Source: Phoronis australis
Taxonomy: Eukaryota; Animalia; Phoronida
Length of the DNA stretch: 64,000 nucleotides
Direction: 5' to 3'
Assembly (NCBI GenBank): GCA_002633005.1
Contig: NMRA01000055.1
Location: 434,001-498,000 of the forward strand
Part shown: positions 54,001-64,000 of the stretch, piece after piece
Numbering within the stretch: position 1 is the stretch's first letter
Layout of the letters: each line of letters starts with the position of its first letter
Made by a program: the position numbers and the translations under genes
Notes under the pieces: generated by a model
What the model was told of the DNA's origin: nothing
Databases searched by the model: none
What the model saw: only the letters and a program-made list of their open reading frames with translations

Positions 54001-54231
54001 TTTAGCTCAAAATGACATGAAAAAAGGTTGCATTCGCCTTTAAGTATGGACTATCATTAATTCCCTATGTTACGTGAGTTTGATGGGCCTGCGAGATGAT
54101 GAGTAATTAAAATAAAATGAAATGTCGAGTTATCTGCTATTTGTATAGTCACGAATTGTTGAGATAGGACGCATTTCGGAAGGAGCCTTTCGAAGACCGC
54201 CACGAGATCGTGCTTTCCTTTCCTGTATAAA

Positions 54232-54269
<38 letters not shown>

Positions 54270-57200
54270 TGAGTGCGAGTGCGTGCACGCGTTTGTGTAT
54301 TAGCACTTCCTCCGTTTTGTCACAAAACATTGACCTTTAAGTTCTTTAACATCAGAATAAAGTCTAGCCCAAGTGTTGGTGTTGTTAGTGCGATATACCT
54401 TGTCTATTAGAGCTTTACTGAAAACCACCCTGTAAATAAAGGATGTGAAGCTATGAAAGCCAGTGTACAGTCCTCAGTGTGTAGATCTTCTTATGAAACA
54501 CGTGATGCTACCACTGAGGTACCCTTACGCTCATCTAACAAGTCCAAAATGTCAATATGTTATCAACCTCTAATTCTGTAATGAATTTCAAGTTAGGATG
54601 CCTCGTGTTTAAGTATACCAAAAATTCCTGTGCTGACTGCTGATGTTCAAATATACAAAATATATCATCCACAAATCGTCGATAGAAATAGTCTCAACAG
54701 GCAACTGGCACGTACACCACGTACAGATTGTCATTGTTAGTTTAGTCTATTGTTACTGTCCTGTAATTGACTGTGTCTGTTGTTGCGCCTAGCAAGGTGG
54801 CTGAGGATGATGATGCAATTGAATTGCTGGTGTCTCAAGGGATAGGACATACTATACGACAGCCTCTGTTTCGGGTGGCATCCTTACTAGGTTCTCCGTG
54901 TGCGATATCACGGAGTATAGTGACTAAGACCGGTTACGTCCATCCCTACTCAGGGGGTCTTTTGTCAATGTATTGTTTGCAGCATGTTTGGAGAGAACCC
55001 TCTGGTGTTGGACTATTTTACAACGCGTGACTGCTCTTTTGTTTGAGATTTGCTTTTATCTTTTGTTCTTCCAATGATAATTATCCTGTCGTTTGTGTTA
55101 TTTGATTGGTGGATTATGGACTAACTGAAACAAATATGTCTCCGAATAATGTTCATTTCCGGGTGGGCTCATGAAATAAATATTTCTCCGAATAATGTTG
55201 ATTTCTGGGTGGGCTCATGGGAAAGTGGGGTCTTGTGATCGTCAACATCATTCGTCCCGTGCTTGACCCTGTCGTGTGCTGTCCTGTAAATCGTTCTTGT
55301 GATGGATTCCCGTATATCCTACACATGTTGCCAGAAGCCCTCGAATTTCGGTCTGCCAAGTCTGTAAATTCACTCCGTTAGTCCTCAAACTTAAGTGAAC
55401 CATACGGCACACTGAATCAATCAAAGGGTAAACGTTAACTACGACTTGTGTTGTGTACATTCTAGCAATACTTTTCATCCTGCTGGTGTCATCGCTCGCC
55501 GTTATCTACACCCATTGTCATAGTTTGAGCGACGTTAAGCATATTCGTTCTGGTATTGCTGTGCCTGGTTGCGACACAGGAAAGGTGAGTAACACATGAG
55601 GTTGATATTGTTATCTCGTAAGATAGAAAAGAAACCTTTTTAACTTCCGGTGCCACGCCAAGCACATATGATGACGTCAGCATTAAAACACATCACTTCA
55701 GGCGTGCGTTCAGTAGACGCTAGGACCTACGCTAGGACCTAGCTAAAGCCTAGTCAAAGTCACGTGTTCTCATTTAAAATGCACGGCAATATCTCACGTA
55801 ATCTCGAGCAGTCTTGCTTTTTAGCGAGGTCCTAGTGTTACTGAACGGGAGGCGGGTCTAGAGGCACTTCCGGTTACACACATATAATGTCTTCCGGTTT
55901 AATAATGACGTCACTTTGATCAATCGTCCGAATGATCGATGACGTCGCTTTCGGGTCTATTTAACCTACTTAACGTTGACCCTTGACCTCCATTTCACAT
56001 GTGATTTTTGTTTTATCTCCCTTCTGTTCGTACGGCATGTGAACGATGTGTAATGATAATGAACTATTGCAAAACAAGCAAAATAGTTAGACTATTAATA
56101 TTTTGTGAAACAGACAAACACAAATAGTTAGACTATTAATATTTTGTGAAACAGACAAACACAAATAGTTAGACTATTAATATTTTGTGAAACAGAAAAG
56201 TACCAACTTCACGTCTTTGCACATTCACAAGTCATAATGGATGTTCATTCTTCTGTGTTTGGCAGTTAACACTTTGTTGCTGGTGAATAAATCAGCTTAA
56301 CGTGGTTATTATGCCAGACGTAACTAGGTGCCACCAAGATATAAACGCATTTTTGATTTAAAACGTTAAAATTCAAACCAAAGCAACAACACAAGTCTGT
56401 TTACGATGTTCACGAATGAAGGTGTACCAAAAATGTACTCACACTTCGAATAATAATTTGATTGCTTATTTACGTAATTCATAAAGCGAAATTTGTTAAT
56501 CCAAAGTAAATGCTTCGTTTAATAATTTGTGAAGAAGATTTATAATGTTTGTACTTCCGTGACGTACTTTTCAGTTTCCGTGATAAAATTTCTTTCTCTC
56601 AAATCGAGTGTTTTTTTCCATTCCCGTGCATACAGAGCACGTGCTTACAGTCACAATAAGCAATAGTCGTACAGAAGGCCCCTGGCGCACAGTCAGATCC
56701 GCGAGAACCTAGTTTGAAGTCTCAGTGTGGCAGTGAAGTATTTGAGACACCCTGTATATACCATACACAACGTATTTCCTACAGAGTAATTTTTCATACA
56801 TTTTAGGATAATCTGACTAAAGATTTCGACCCATCCTGGGAAATAGAGTACAAGTGTTTGGGAGAAAGGTTCAAACCTAACAGTCCGGTAGGTATCCCTG
56901 AAATAGAAGTTGCAGTGCGTAGTCAGCCAGTTGGGACTGCAAAGTTTACAAAGTGGCACTGACGGCTTAACACTGGAAACAAACCTTATTAATTTTTAGC
57001 ATGTTGGCAAATACCAACGATGACAAAATAATTTGAATCTTTGAAACAATGCTTTATGACCAGTCTCAATCCTACATGGCTCAGGAAACACGTTATGTAA
57101 AGCTGCTCAGAGTCCGTTGAATGGGCAAAACTGACTAATGATAAGTGCGGAAAGATTGGACCGCATAAATTATTTTGTAATAGAAAGTTACATTACCTAT

Positions 57201-60200
57201 GGAAAGGCATGCCTTCGTTCATATTTGCAGAATCACTGAGAGGCCTTCGAAGTCACAGCACCGTTAGGACTACCAGGCTCGAAATCACCGCTATGATTTA
57301 AGAAAATTTAAGATAAATCCCATGACGAGATCTCAATATCACTCCTGAACATTCAAAATCGTTTGGTCTCCGAAATTTCACATTTGTAAACAATTCATTA
57401 ATTTAACCAGTAAATCAGGACTTAATTGTTACTTAACTCTTTTACAGGCAAAAGCAGTTTCAATTTGTCAGCCGCGACTGGAAGAGGTATGAGTTGCTTA
57501 ATTCAAACTATCGTTGTTTGAAATAGATTTTCATATATTTATTTCAAGTATAAAGTTAAAAGTACTTCAGGATGTTTCGGGATCTTCAGTCTTGAGGGTC
57601 TACTATAACGTCAGGATGGTTAGATATTGTCGTCGGCCAGAGGTGCAGACGGTAAGATCTTTGTAAAGCTTACGCAAGTGGTATTGAATTCCAAAAGCTA
57701 CCGTCACACCTATTCGGAATTTGCAAGAATTCAGCATAACTGTCCCGAATAAATTTCGTTTTTCAAAATTCGAGCTATTTTCCTGCTGACTCTTCAAATC
57801 GGAGTATATTCTTATTGGTTTGTAATACTGCCGTTCGACTACATTGCGCTAAACGAATGATTCGTGAGTATTTACGGTGTATTTAACTATCGAATGCACT
57901 TCATACAGAGTTGGAAAACGGTACAATTATATAGGATGTAGTAAAAATGTTCTAATGACTACCAAAAGAATGCACTTCGAATGCTATGGGAAAGCGGCCT
58001 GATTGTTGCCCGAGTGCCAGTCGAAGGCTAGTTGTAAGGCGTCGTGAATTCTGCTCCCTGTCACTCAAGGTGTACTGGAAAGGCTTCTGGAGAAGCTTTC
58101 TGATATATTACGAGAGAAAAACATCAATAAACGAAGAATGGCTAGCAAGACGAGAGAAGAAGGTAGCACGGACATTACAGCAGACTTATGGAGAGTCTCA
58201 GAATCTTTTTTCACATATCTAAGAAGAGACCCTACAATTTCTGCTGAGTTAGTGCCAAGGGTAGGACCAAGGATAAAGAAACAGGATACTGCTACACAGA
58301 CACTACCTCAAGTCATTTCTTTGAGATTCCTGGCTCCAAGAGACAAGTATCTCACTCATATGTGAAACTTTTGCGTGGCACGGAACTCTATCAGCCTCAT
58401 CATCCATGACGTCAGCCAAGCTGTTATTGAAGAGTACAAGGATGGGACTACTACCTTCATCAGTACTCTAGAGGAACGGGAACTCGTTGAGGAGGTCTTC
58501 AAAAACAGATGGAGCGTTTACCATTCCGTGGGGCTCTAGATATAACACATATGACCACCAGGAAACCTGCCAAGAACTGGTCCTCGTGCTACAACTACAA
58601 CGTCATATCCACTGTGGTGCTGATAGTCCTTGTTGATTGAAACTAAACCGAGTTTGTAGATGGTGCTCAGATATCAAAAACTGTCTGTGTTGATGTGAAC
58701 ATTGGATTTCATGAGCCACAACCTACTTCCCAATATGAAGGTACATCAGCAGCCGGTCGCGCTTTTATGTGATGCATTGGTCTTTACACTAATCCCGGAC
58801 TCAGTATTTGAAGGCCATCAGAACGCTCCGATAGCATAAAAACTTATTAGACAATCGTACACCAAACCAATCCGCACGAACCACTGAATTATACGTACGA
58901 ACCACATTCTAATCTTTGATATTGATTATACCGCTGAAGATCGGTAGATAGTGATGATTCGTTGATCGCGCGGACGATTTGTGTTTGCAAATACGCATCA
59001 ACGGATTTGTGGGGGTAACTGGGTAGAATTGTGGATGTTCAGCCTCCGTGTCTATAGGTAGAATATGCGTATTGTTCAATGTACGTGTGTATGATTGCTT
59101 AGTAACCTCGAACTTGGTTACGGACTAACACTGTCTGCTCCTCGGTTGACATTGTTAAACCGAATATCGATATTTTCTTAACGTTTACTTCTTTCTTCCA
59201 GATAATGCATGTTTGCATGGAGTATGAAATATTTTATGCAGAAATGCCGCCATTAAGGTAACTTGGATCAAAATTTTTTTTCAACACTTTTCAGTCCGTG
59301 ACCACACCACTAAACTTTATTTGAGACTCGACCAGATAACTTCGTGAAACGCGCGCCACTCTTCAAGTACATTTTTTTAATTTCACGCGCTATGCCTAGA
59401 TTTCGACTAGTCATGTCAGCACTGTTTAAGGCAATAATAAAACTGCTTTGTTGATGGAGGTTATGTTGTTTATAATCATCCAAAAATGCCTACTTTAGTT
59501 TATACCCTCTTTCAGAGATAAGTCGAAGTAAGTGCTCACTTTTAAGATTCCTTAAAGTCAAAATGCATGAAAACTACTATACTCTAACGGACACGTTTTC
59601 ATTTTAATTGTTTTGCCAAACAATGATGTCTTTTATGTCTCGAATTAGTAATAGTATTATAACATTTTCATACGCTTACGCATTCGCGTTCACTAGCTTT
59701 TCGGACTATTTATAGCGGACCTCACCGCCATGTTTGGCCCGAGTTCGGCGAATACTCGTACCTACCGCCCCAACGCTGGGTACACGGAATAGAGGTAAGA
59801 AGCGATGATCTGTTCTTATCCTGATGCAGTTTTCAACGACAAATGTGCAACTTGAAACCCAAAAGCGCTAGGGTTGTGGAAATAATAGTAATACCATTTG
59901 CCATGTCTTGAAAGTCATCCACGCTACTTCCAAGAAACTTTCTGGAAATGTTAGGTGTGGTAAAATGCACATGTAAATGTTCAACGTCGAGTGCATTTTT
60001 ATTATTTATCACTCATTCGTGTAAGACCTTTTGGTCATATCAAATGTTTGTAACTATAGTCATCGCACATAAAATAATGCCAGCTCTTAGCCAGATAGTC
60101 AATAGAAAGTTAATTAACAAAAACAAGACGCTGTGCTTCGTATTACGACGTTTCGACATTACTTCCCATCACAGTGCATAATACATTAATGGACATCCAA

Positions 60201-62774
60201 CCTCTATCACTGCTCTAGCTTGTATGTCCCAATAATGGATTGTTGAACTGCCTCGTCTTCGTATATATGCTATAGCATCAGTGTAGTGACTGTATTACTT
60301 ACACCTGATGATGATATTCAGAAATATTGAAACGTCGTAATATGAAGCCCAACGTCTTGTTTTTTTGTTATTTAGCTATCTATAAATATTTATCAGTTTG
60401 ACTAAAAAGGTAATTCAAGTTGATTTCATGAGGTCATGATAATTATTTTGAGTAAAATATCTGTTGTCGTTGGTTCGAAATGCGCGAGATATGTTCAATC
60501 ATTACCTGATGTAGTGCACAACGCTCAGTTTGCATCACAACCAGGGGCGGATCCAGGATTTTGAGTTAGAGGGGGGGCAGGGCACAGGAATAACCAGAAT
60601 TTGGGCAGATGCGCGCGCCCAGTCTAAAATGTGGGGATGCTGGGGTCTAGAATATTTGGGTTTGCGGACCTGTTGACTAAAAAAAGGTGAACGGGGCTTG
60701 TTAAGGGCCTATGCATTGATTATTCACCCCCCCCCTGAGCCCCCCTGGATGCGCGCATGTGCTCTAGTCAGCAATTCGCACCCGAAATCCCAAATGGTAT
60801 CTGGTAGAATTTTAGGGTGGGGTGCAGGCATGGCCCCCTTTCCCCCCTAAATCCGCCACTGATAACCCAGTAGAATTGTTTTTCTTGATACCAGCCCGAC
60901 ATGAAATGCCACAAATTAATTAAGTGATTTCTCACGTGAATCTAGAGAAAGGTGGGCGGAGGAAGTGACGTAACACGCCAGGGGTCTGTTTCATGAAAAT
61001 GGCCTGAAGAGTTAAGACCGAAATTTGGTCTTACACTTCACACAATTACTTTTGATGAAAAAGTTAAAATCTTACTTGTGTTCAAGTCCAAAGTCTCTGA
61101 GACCATACACATTAATTACTAGTTACCGAGATAATTTCTATAAACTATTTCTAGACTCTGATACACTCATAATTATTTGGCTAAACCTTTTTCAGCAAGT
61201 GTGTAGTGAAAGCATAAGACCAAATTCCAGTCTTAAGTTTTAATCACTTTCATGGAAAAGACCCCTAGCTGTGCCCTGTTGCATGAAACAGTCCCAAATA
61301 GGGACTCAACTAAGTTCCCTAAATCTTTTTCGTATTTGTTTCGTTCTTTAGGCACAGATGAAGTATTTTTTTCTATCAGTTTATGTTCGTTATAAGCTCT
61401 TCTTTGACTAATGGCATTTTTAATTATAACTTATAACTAAGCCCTTAATTCAGTCAAGACAATTTGGGACTTACTCCTTAAATTAGGGGCGCTGCATGGA
61501 AAAATCCCGTCTTACTTTCAATAATATTGAGAATACAATGTAGAGTTCACTCTCGATTTGTATCAAAGCCAAAAATCAACTTAGTAATGAGACTCAAACA
61601 ACATAACAAAGGTAAAGACCACAAAATTCGTCAATCGTAAAGGCCCTTTTGCGGAAATATCCCTCCATGAAAGCAACATATTTTCCACAATTCTGCGAAC
61701 GAGTTGAAATTTCGGTCAAACTTGTGCAAACCACAAGCACATGCTTTTACAGACAAAGAGCGCGTTTCTGTGTATTAAATTTATTCGAAAGCAACACACA
61801 TGTCGACCTCTTACAGATATTGCCGCCACCAACAGTCAGCTTCTCATAGCTTGTTTCAGAGGGTTTTAACAAAATGGCGCCTTTGTTCTATTAGGTCACT
61901 TTCTATATCTACAACTTTACTTCTGTCCACAGCACGGAGCCACAGCCCTTCTCTATCATCCATGCGCCGATCCCGGAGAGGTAGATTCTTTACGCCAGCT
62001 CCTTGTCGGTTGTAAGCGACGCCACATCATCACGCCGTACCGAAACCTCACAAGAGAAAGGGTTATTATGATTATTATGTCACTACAAATACCAATAACC
62101 GTATATTTATGTAAAAATGCAAAAATATTGGTCATGTGATTCTTGTTGTAAAACGTTTTGCTGAGAGTTTTGCTACGTATTTGATAGGTTAAATCTTGCA
62201 CAAATTTCCATAGAATTGCGTCACTGGAACTCTTATAAGCTATCATACCAACGACTGGTGGACGTCTGAGTGACGGACTCCAGAATGTGTTTCAGAATAA
62301 AACGTCATCCAGTGACTGCTGTCACCCTGGTAACTCAGTAAAACTGAATTTGTTTACTTTTACAAACTCACAATCAGCTAAAACAGTCATTATTATCAGT
62401 TGTGATAATTGAACTTCAGTCTGATTGTATGTCTAATTTAGCAGCATCTCTTTTTGCAAACACATATGATTAAACACACGACACGGCGTTGTCTTACACA
62501 AACTCCCCCGTATTCGAGGCAATCTTTTTACCAGTTTGCAACAGACAACACCGCGACATGTTCATTCGGTTTTATTTCAACCTTTTCCCCAATCCTTAAA
62601 ATCAGTACCACTGACATGGCTAAACCGATCACCGAGGCTTGGGGACGGGGCTGGTTGTATTCGTACATGTTTGACAACGCTCAGTCGTTCTTGCAGCCGC
62701 TCGCTTTGGTTTCCTGGGGCTGCAAGTTGGAAATGGGAACCCCGGATTTGGAAATGGCCAAGGATTTTATCAAG
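51007..62774 (+). CDS. TP53I13: TP53I13-like / DUF3105-domain secreted or membrane protein, 3'-partial (8 coding exons seen)
   Basis: Spliced product: MIAPSILFILLVSSLAVIYTHC...PGCDTGK|DNLTKDFDP...YKC|...|IMHVCM...PPLS|GPHRHVWPEFGEYSYLPPQRWVHGIE|HGATALLYHPCA...CKRRHIITPY|PLALVSWGCKLEM. The GxHRxxWxxxGEYxxxPxQRW, EHGxxxxLYHPC and PLALVxWG motifs are characteristic of this family. Confidence 0.88.
52685..52950 (+). pseudogene. Decayed KolX / P2X7-C-terminal-like Cys-rich ORF, 5' part
   Basis: With frameshifts: ...GYMFEPEY...EDRRGDTSRCKCTVCVVMPTSMECC, matching the YxFEP...RxGxTxWCxCxxCxxMPTxxEC pattern. Confidence 0.65.
52955..53774 (-). pseudogene. Decayed THAP-domain transposase 5' half
   Basis: C2CH THAP signature with in-frame stops and a frameshift; KFIVDLSKVLELFIRC...QWECVAGH...VRGMP. 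Confidence 0.78.
54234..54265. repeat. (GT)n microsatellite
   Basis: Read directly from the sequence. Confidence 0.95.
55466..55584 (+). CDS. TP53I13: TP53I13-like exon
   Basis: ttctag|CAATACTT...GGAAAG|gtgagt; ILFILLVSSLAVIYTHCHSLSDVKHIRSGIAVPGCDTGK. Confidence 0.8.
55706..55848. mobile_element. Short hairpin MITE
   Basis: cgttcagtagacgctaggacct ... aggtcctagtgttactgaacg. Confidence 0.5.
56081..56195. repeat. 41-bp tandem repeat, about 2.8 copies
   Basis: aaatagttagactattaatattttgtgaaacagacaaacac. Confidence 0.93.
56807..56887 (+). CDS. TP53I13: TP53I13-like exon
   Basis: ttttag|GATAAT...AGTCCG|gtaggt; DNLTKDFDPSWEIEYKCLGERFKPNSP. Confidence 0.82.
57448..57486 (+). CDS. TP53I13: TP53I13-like small exon
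   Basis: ttttacag|GCAAAA...GAAGAG|gtatga; AKAVSICQPRLEE, 39 nt, phase 0-0. Confidence 0.65.
58130..58790 (+). pseudogene. Decayed PIF/Harbinger (HARBI1-like) DDE transposase
   Basis: Across frameshifts: FFTYLR.DP...ELVPRVGPRIKKQDT...SLRFLA...F.VARNSIS......QAVIEEY...F.NRW...H.VGALD..H...KP......YNY....VVLIVLVD. Confidence 0.82.
59202..59257 (+). CDS. TP53I13: TP53I13-like exon
   Basis: cttccag|ATAATG...TTAAG|gtaact; IMHVCMEYEIFYAEMPPL(S). Confidence 0.88.
59716..59794 (+). CDS. TP53I13: TP53I13-like exon (DUF3105)
   Basis: GPHRHVWPEFGEYSYLPPQRWVHGIE. Confidence 0.92.
60095..60385. mobile_element. Old Penelope-like pLTR remnant (inverted pair) with hammerhead core
   Basis: aacaagacgctgtgcttcgtattacgacgtttcga (about 60122-60156) is inverted at 60327-60361; CTGATGA at 60305 and GAAACGTC at 60329. 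Confidence 0.55.
60542..60861 (+). mobile_element. hAT-like MITE
   Basis: caggggcggatccagga ... cctaaatccgccactg termini; G/C-run rich. Confidence 0.6.
60980..61266. mobile_element. Harbinger-like MITE, with a similar element directly after (about 61270-61510)
   Basis: ggggtctgtttcatgaaa / tttcatggaaaagacccc; inner arms ttaagaccgaaatttggtctta / taagaccaaattccagtcttaa. Confidence 0.6.
61933..62061 (+). CDS. TP53I13: TP53I13-like exon (DUF3105)
   Basis: HGATALLYHPCADPGEVDSLRQLLVGCKRRHIITPYRNLTRER. Confidence 0.92.
62697..62774 (+). CDS. TP53I13: TP53I13-like exon (DUF3105)
   Basis: ttgcag|CCGCTC...ATCAAG|gtaaat; PLALVSWGCKLEMGTPDLEMAKDFIK. Confidence 0.92.
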
Positions 62775-63002
62775 GTAAATATCAGAAATTAGTTAACCAG
62801 AACACATAGTATTGCATTTCTAATTACATCTGGTATGCCAAAACATCCAAAGGACTTTTCCTATAATGGATTTTGCGCTTTTTGAGTTTTTGTATAATAA
62901 TTTTATAACTCAAAATCTAAGCAGACAACCATTTTTTGGGAAATAATTGAAATATTCTGAATTTTAAAGAAAAATTAATGTCGCTATTGGTTTCCCACCA
63001 CC

Positions 63003-63632
63003 TGATGTCATCAGTGGAAGACGTTGATCAGTTGACAGTGTGTATATAATGTCGGATAGTAGTGATTTTGTAAGTTACTAAGACTTAGAGAACGGGACTG
63101 ACGAGTATTATGAAGACACGTATGGAGATGCGGGTAAAATCGACGCTCAGGCAATAAGTGAAACTGGTAATGAGTTAAATCTCGCCATAGCGGCAGACTG
63201 CGTGTCTGAGGTCGTACGAAATCGACTCTCCCGCACCGGCGTCTTCGGTGAGTGAAGCCAAGTCGGGGCCAACTCAGTTTTTTCATTGAATCACGATTTA
63301 ATTTTGTAACCACTTTTGTGTCGATTAATATGTGTCCCGAACTAATCGAAGTTTTTACCCTGACTGTCAACGCCCAGTCGCGAACAGCGGACACTGATTC
63401 ATCTCTTCAAATGCCTTGCTCGACCGTGTGCTGCCATACCCGTCGTGTGCTATGCACGAATATGTGCCATTTCTAAGCGATCTTAGGTTCTTTTGGAAAC
63501 GCAAAAACAGAAATATTGTCTGACCGATTGCAATCACTGCATTCCCCCATATGTAACTTTTCATAATACTCAGTCGAACTCAGTTTTCGAGACCACTGCG
63601 GCTCGCGCAGACCGGATCCACTGATGACGTCA
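63003..63632 (-). mobile_element. Decayed THAP-bearing DNA transposon remnant
   Basis: Inverted tgatgtcatcagtgga (63003) / tccactgatgacgtca (63617); minus strand 63564-63420 reads GECSDC...SVFAFPKEPKIA*KWHIFVHSTRRVW. Confidence 0.55.
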
Positions 63633-63899
63633 CACAAAAAATTTAGTTTTTTTAATTTTTGCATTTATATCTTGATTAAAAGTACACAAATTGAAGAAGA
63701 AATATCATATCAAAATTGTTGGTAAACGAATTCAAATTCTTGTGACCATGTTGTGAAGGGTTTAAACAACACGTGTTTTTAAAACTTTGCATAAATGAAA
63801 GTTGGTGTTTTTTCACAGTTTTGGTGAAAATTTTCTCCCTAGTTCATTACCTTTTGACGTAACACTAAAAAGAAACGTTTTTGTGAAAAATAAACACCT

Positions 63900-64000
63900 C
63901 ATAAAATGTTTCATCATGCCGTCATCACCGTCTGTCAGTCTCCGTTCTCCTTCGACGTCCGCTTGGCGTCTAGTGTCCGCTGAACACCTCGTGAAATTTT
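63900..64000 (-). mobile_element. 3' part of a Helentron/HINE-like element, copy E (runs off the window)
   Basis: Reverse complement of aaaatttcacga...cagcggac...gacggtgatgacggcat, as in copies A-D. Confidence 0.5.

Larger units (their letters stand above)
52348..54039 (-). mobile_element. Kolobok-type DNA transposon, internally deleted
   Basis: About 160-bp TIRs (aggcgaaggcaaccttttttcatgtc... / ...gacatgaaaaaaggttgcattcgcct) with TTAA on both sides. The minus strand carries a THAP domain (53774: MPHCC*VTGC...HRFP...W...RVCGKHF...KKDAIPS) and the transposase N-terminus (ECVAGHSGKWDS). The plus strand carries a Cys-rich second gene. Confidence 0.85.

Noticed and set aside
1-64000. tRNA/rRNA genes, prokaryotic operons or defence systems
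   Set aside because: None recognised. The window is spliceosomal-intron-containing animal DNA.

Overview
AT-rich, intron-rich animal genomic DNA. The transposon repertoire suggests an invertebrate such as a mollusc, but this is inference. Three protein-coding genes can be reconstructed exon by exon with GT-AG boundaries and consistent phases. (1) Three internal exons of the chromatin-remodelling ATPase INO80 (minus strand: 20549-20686, 16633-16858, 76-203). (2) A complete 20-exon GPLD1 (GPI-specific phospholipase D; minus strand, ATG 48538 to stop 27919), with one apparent 1-bp frameshift near 39056. (3) A TP53I13-like/DUF3105 secreted-protein gene (plus strand, probable ATG 51007, continuing past 62774). 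I found no INO80 exon between 20687 and 64000. The head-to-head GPLD1/TP53I13-like pair therefore appears to lie inside a >43 kb INO80 intron, with GPLD1 on the same strand as its host, unless this is an assembly artefact. The introns carry many mobile elements: two Penelope-like (GIY-YIG) retroelements with inverted pLTRs, target-site duplications and variant hammerhead motifs; a Helentron/HINE-like family whose internal units carry CTCF-consensus-like motifs; a Kolobok deletion derivative (THAP transposase plus P2X7-C-terminal-like gene, TTAA TSD); a decayed Harbinger transposase; and ISL2EU-like, pogo-like and hAT-like MITEs plus several mini- and microsatellites. All homology calls come from recalled family motifs, not database searches.
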